A stretch of DNA of 63,505 bases, filler included, from Rhabdomonas costata (lineage: Eukaryota), in NCBI GenBank assembly GCA_019059605.1. It is 23 parts of 23 records of this genome, joined end to end, with 100 filler letters (N's around TTAATTAATTAA, not from the genome) between each part and the next. Parts side by side here need not be neighbours in the genome. Positions count along the whole stretch, not along the records: positions 60,843 to 63,505 come from JAHMHO010002436.1; 22 more parts are not named here. One strand, written 5' to 3'. Both the position numbers and the translations under genes were made by a program. Below, piece by piece: positions 62,152 to 63,505 of the stretch. The notes under the pieces are model-generated. The model saw only the letters and a list, made by a program, of their open reading frames with translations. It was not told the origin of the DNA and did not search any database. Every line of letters starts with the position of its first letter. Position 1 is the first letter of the stretch.

Positions 62152-63285
62152 GACGAGGCCGACCTGAAGAAGTTCTTCACCCGTCACCAAGCCACACTGT
62201 ACACCGCCGGGCCGGCCTTCATGCATGACGAAGATGGACTCACTACTCTAATGCACGCCGCGAAAGTATGGAATCCCTCTGATTTCGTCCTCTATTTGCT
62301 TTTTTTTAGTGTGTGTGTGGGAGGGGAGGGGCAAGACTGGCATCACTTAAAACTTCTGTGTTCCTCAGTTAAAAATTTTCCCCCTGAATTCTTCTTCTGG
62401 ATTTCTTGTTTATGTTTTCCTGGATGCGCTTTCTTTTCCAATGGGGGGGGGGCTCGCTCGTGTGTCGCGTGAAATTCCCACTAAATAGCCTTCCCCTTTC
62501 CCGCAGAGCGTTCCGATTGCCTCCCTTCGGTATGTTGCGGCTCTTTTGTCGGCGGAGTACCTTCCCTTCAATGATCCCAACGCCACGGACCGCGCCTACC
62601 GCACTGCGCTGCACCACCTGTGCGGCGCAGCGAGCAGCAACGAGGACGGCCGAGCTGCCATGGTACTCAACGGCGCCGCAACGGGAAGGAGCGGGGACCC
62701 TCCATTCTTTTTGTGTCGCCTGTTGTTGGAGAGTCTGCTTCCTTCCTTTCTGATGTTTGTTTTCCTTCTCCGTTTTCTCTGCTGTCTCTGCTGTTCAGCT
62801 GAGAATCTGAGAATCCCATCTCAAGAAAATGTGAATGTGCTTGTTTTCAGCGAACTCAGAAATGGGTGGACCATGTCATTCGTTGAAAGGAAACTCTCCC
62901 CACTCCTTTCCTCGTGTAGGCCACGTCGCTTTCAACTGCAAACCTCCCCAATGCCGGGTTTCCGACCCCCCCCCCTGCTGTACAACAGGCGGAGCTGCTT
63001 CTAGCGGCAAAGGCCGACCCCATGCTTCCCGACACCCAGGGCAACACCCCGGCGCACGTCTACAGCCGCGAGGCCACAGCCTCTGCGAAGGGCAAGGGCC
63101 ACCACAGCTTGCTCGCCCTTCTTCTGCGGAGGTGCCCTGAGCTCGTCCAGGCCACGAACCATCAAGGGAAGACCCCCGTCGAGGTTGCCGTGCAGTGCAA
63201 GAATTTCTCTGCTGCAGAGCTGTTGAGGGCCCATCAGGCCAGGCCCCTTGGAACTTCTCCGGGCATCGGTTCTGAGAGCACATGA
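62152..63285 (+). CDS. Ankyrin-repeat protein, 3' exons (62152-62266, 62507-62662, 62989-63285); a probable upstream exon ends near 61306
   Basis: DEDGLTTLMHAAK, DPNATDRAYRTALHHLC, AELLLAAKADPMLPDTQGNTPAH, NHQGKTPVEVA. Confidence 0.88.
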
Positions 63286-63305
63286 ATGGAAAGCTTGTGT
63301 CTGTA

Positions 63306-63497
63306 TGTTTCTTGCTGTCCATGGGACGCTGTGATTGCCTTCTGTTAAAGGCTTTCCCTGAACGTTCTAGGGTTGAGTTGGGGCTCATCTTTGGCCGCTG
63401 TCTGGCACCTTATTGTGTGTGTCCTCCAATTCTGAGGAAGTTCAGGGAAAGCCTTTAACAGAAGGCAATCACAGCGTCCCATGGACAGCAAGAAACA
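63306..63497. repeat. Fold-back inverted duplication at a contig end
   Basis: 63306-63363 is the exact reverse complement of 63440-63497. Confidence 0.88.
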
Positions 63498-63505
63498 CAC
63501 ACACC

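Overview
This window is not one locus. It is a pseudo-scaffold of 23 unrelated contigs of ~2.65-2.67 kb, joined by 22 artificial 100-nt N/TTAATTAATTAA/N linkers, so adjacency across linkers carries no information. Most contigs come from an intron-rich, GC-rich protist genome with short exons, mostly GT-AG introns and (CA)n/(TG)n tracts. The cyclase and receptor types suggest a euglenozoan, probably a euglenid; this is an inference. Recognisable gene fragments: TOR, a WRN-type 3'-5' exonuclease, a hybrid histidine kinase, eIF5B, RPB5, a bacterial-type RtcB, Bin3/MePCE, a cullin, CLPTM1, ArgRS, ankyrin, C2H2, F-box/LRR, two degenerate class III cyclase domains and several receptor fragments with LacI-like, PstS-like or Cache/HAMP-like sensors. 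There is also a decayed Merlin/IS1595 transposase, intronic repeat families and a small bacterial lemA fragment. G/T-rich starts, C/A-rich ends and fold-back duplications point to random-primed amplification artefacts. I found no convincing complete novel system. Best leads: (i) the Merlin-associated cassette in contig 1, with a ~257-codon ORF interrupted only by two in-frame TAGs; (ii) unusual splice signals, namely oligo-A/AAG acceptors and an ArgRS intron whose canonical splice loses a conserved Lys; (iii) pseudo-cyclases together with bacterial-type sensor domains; (iv) an intron-bounded bacterial-type RtcB exon. All family calls are by-eye motif recognition, not database results.
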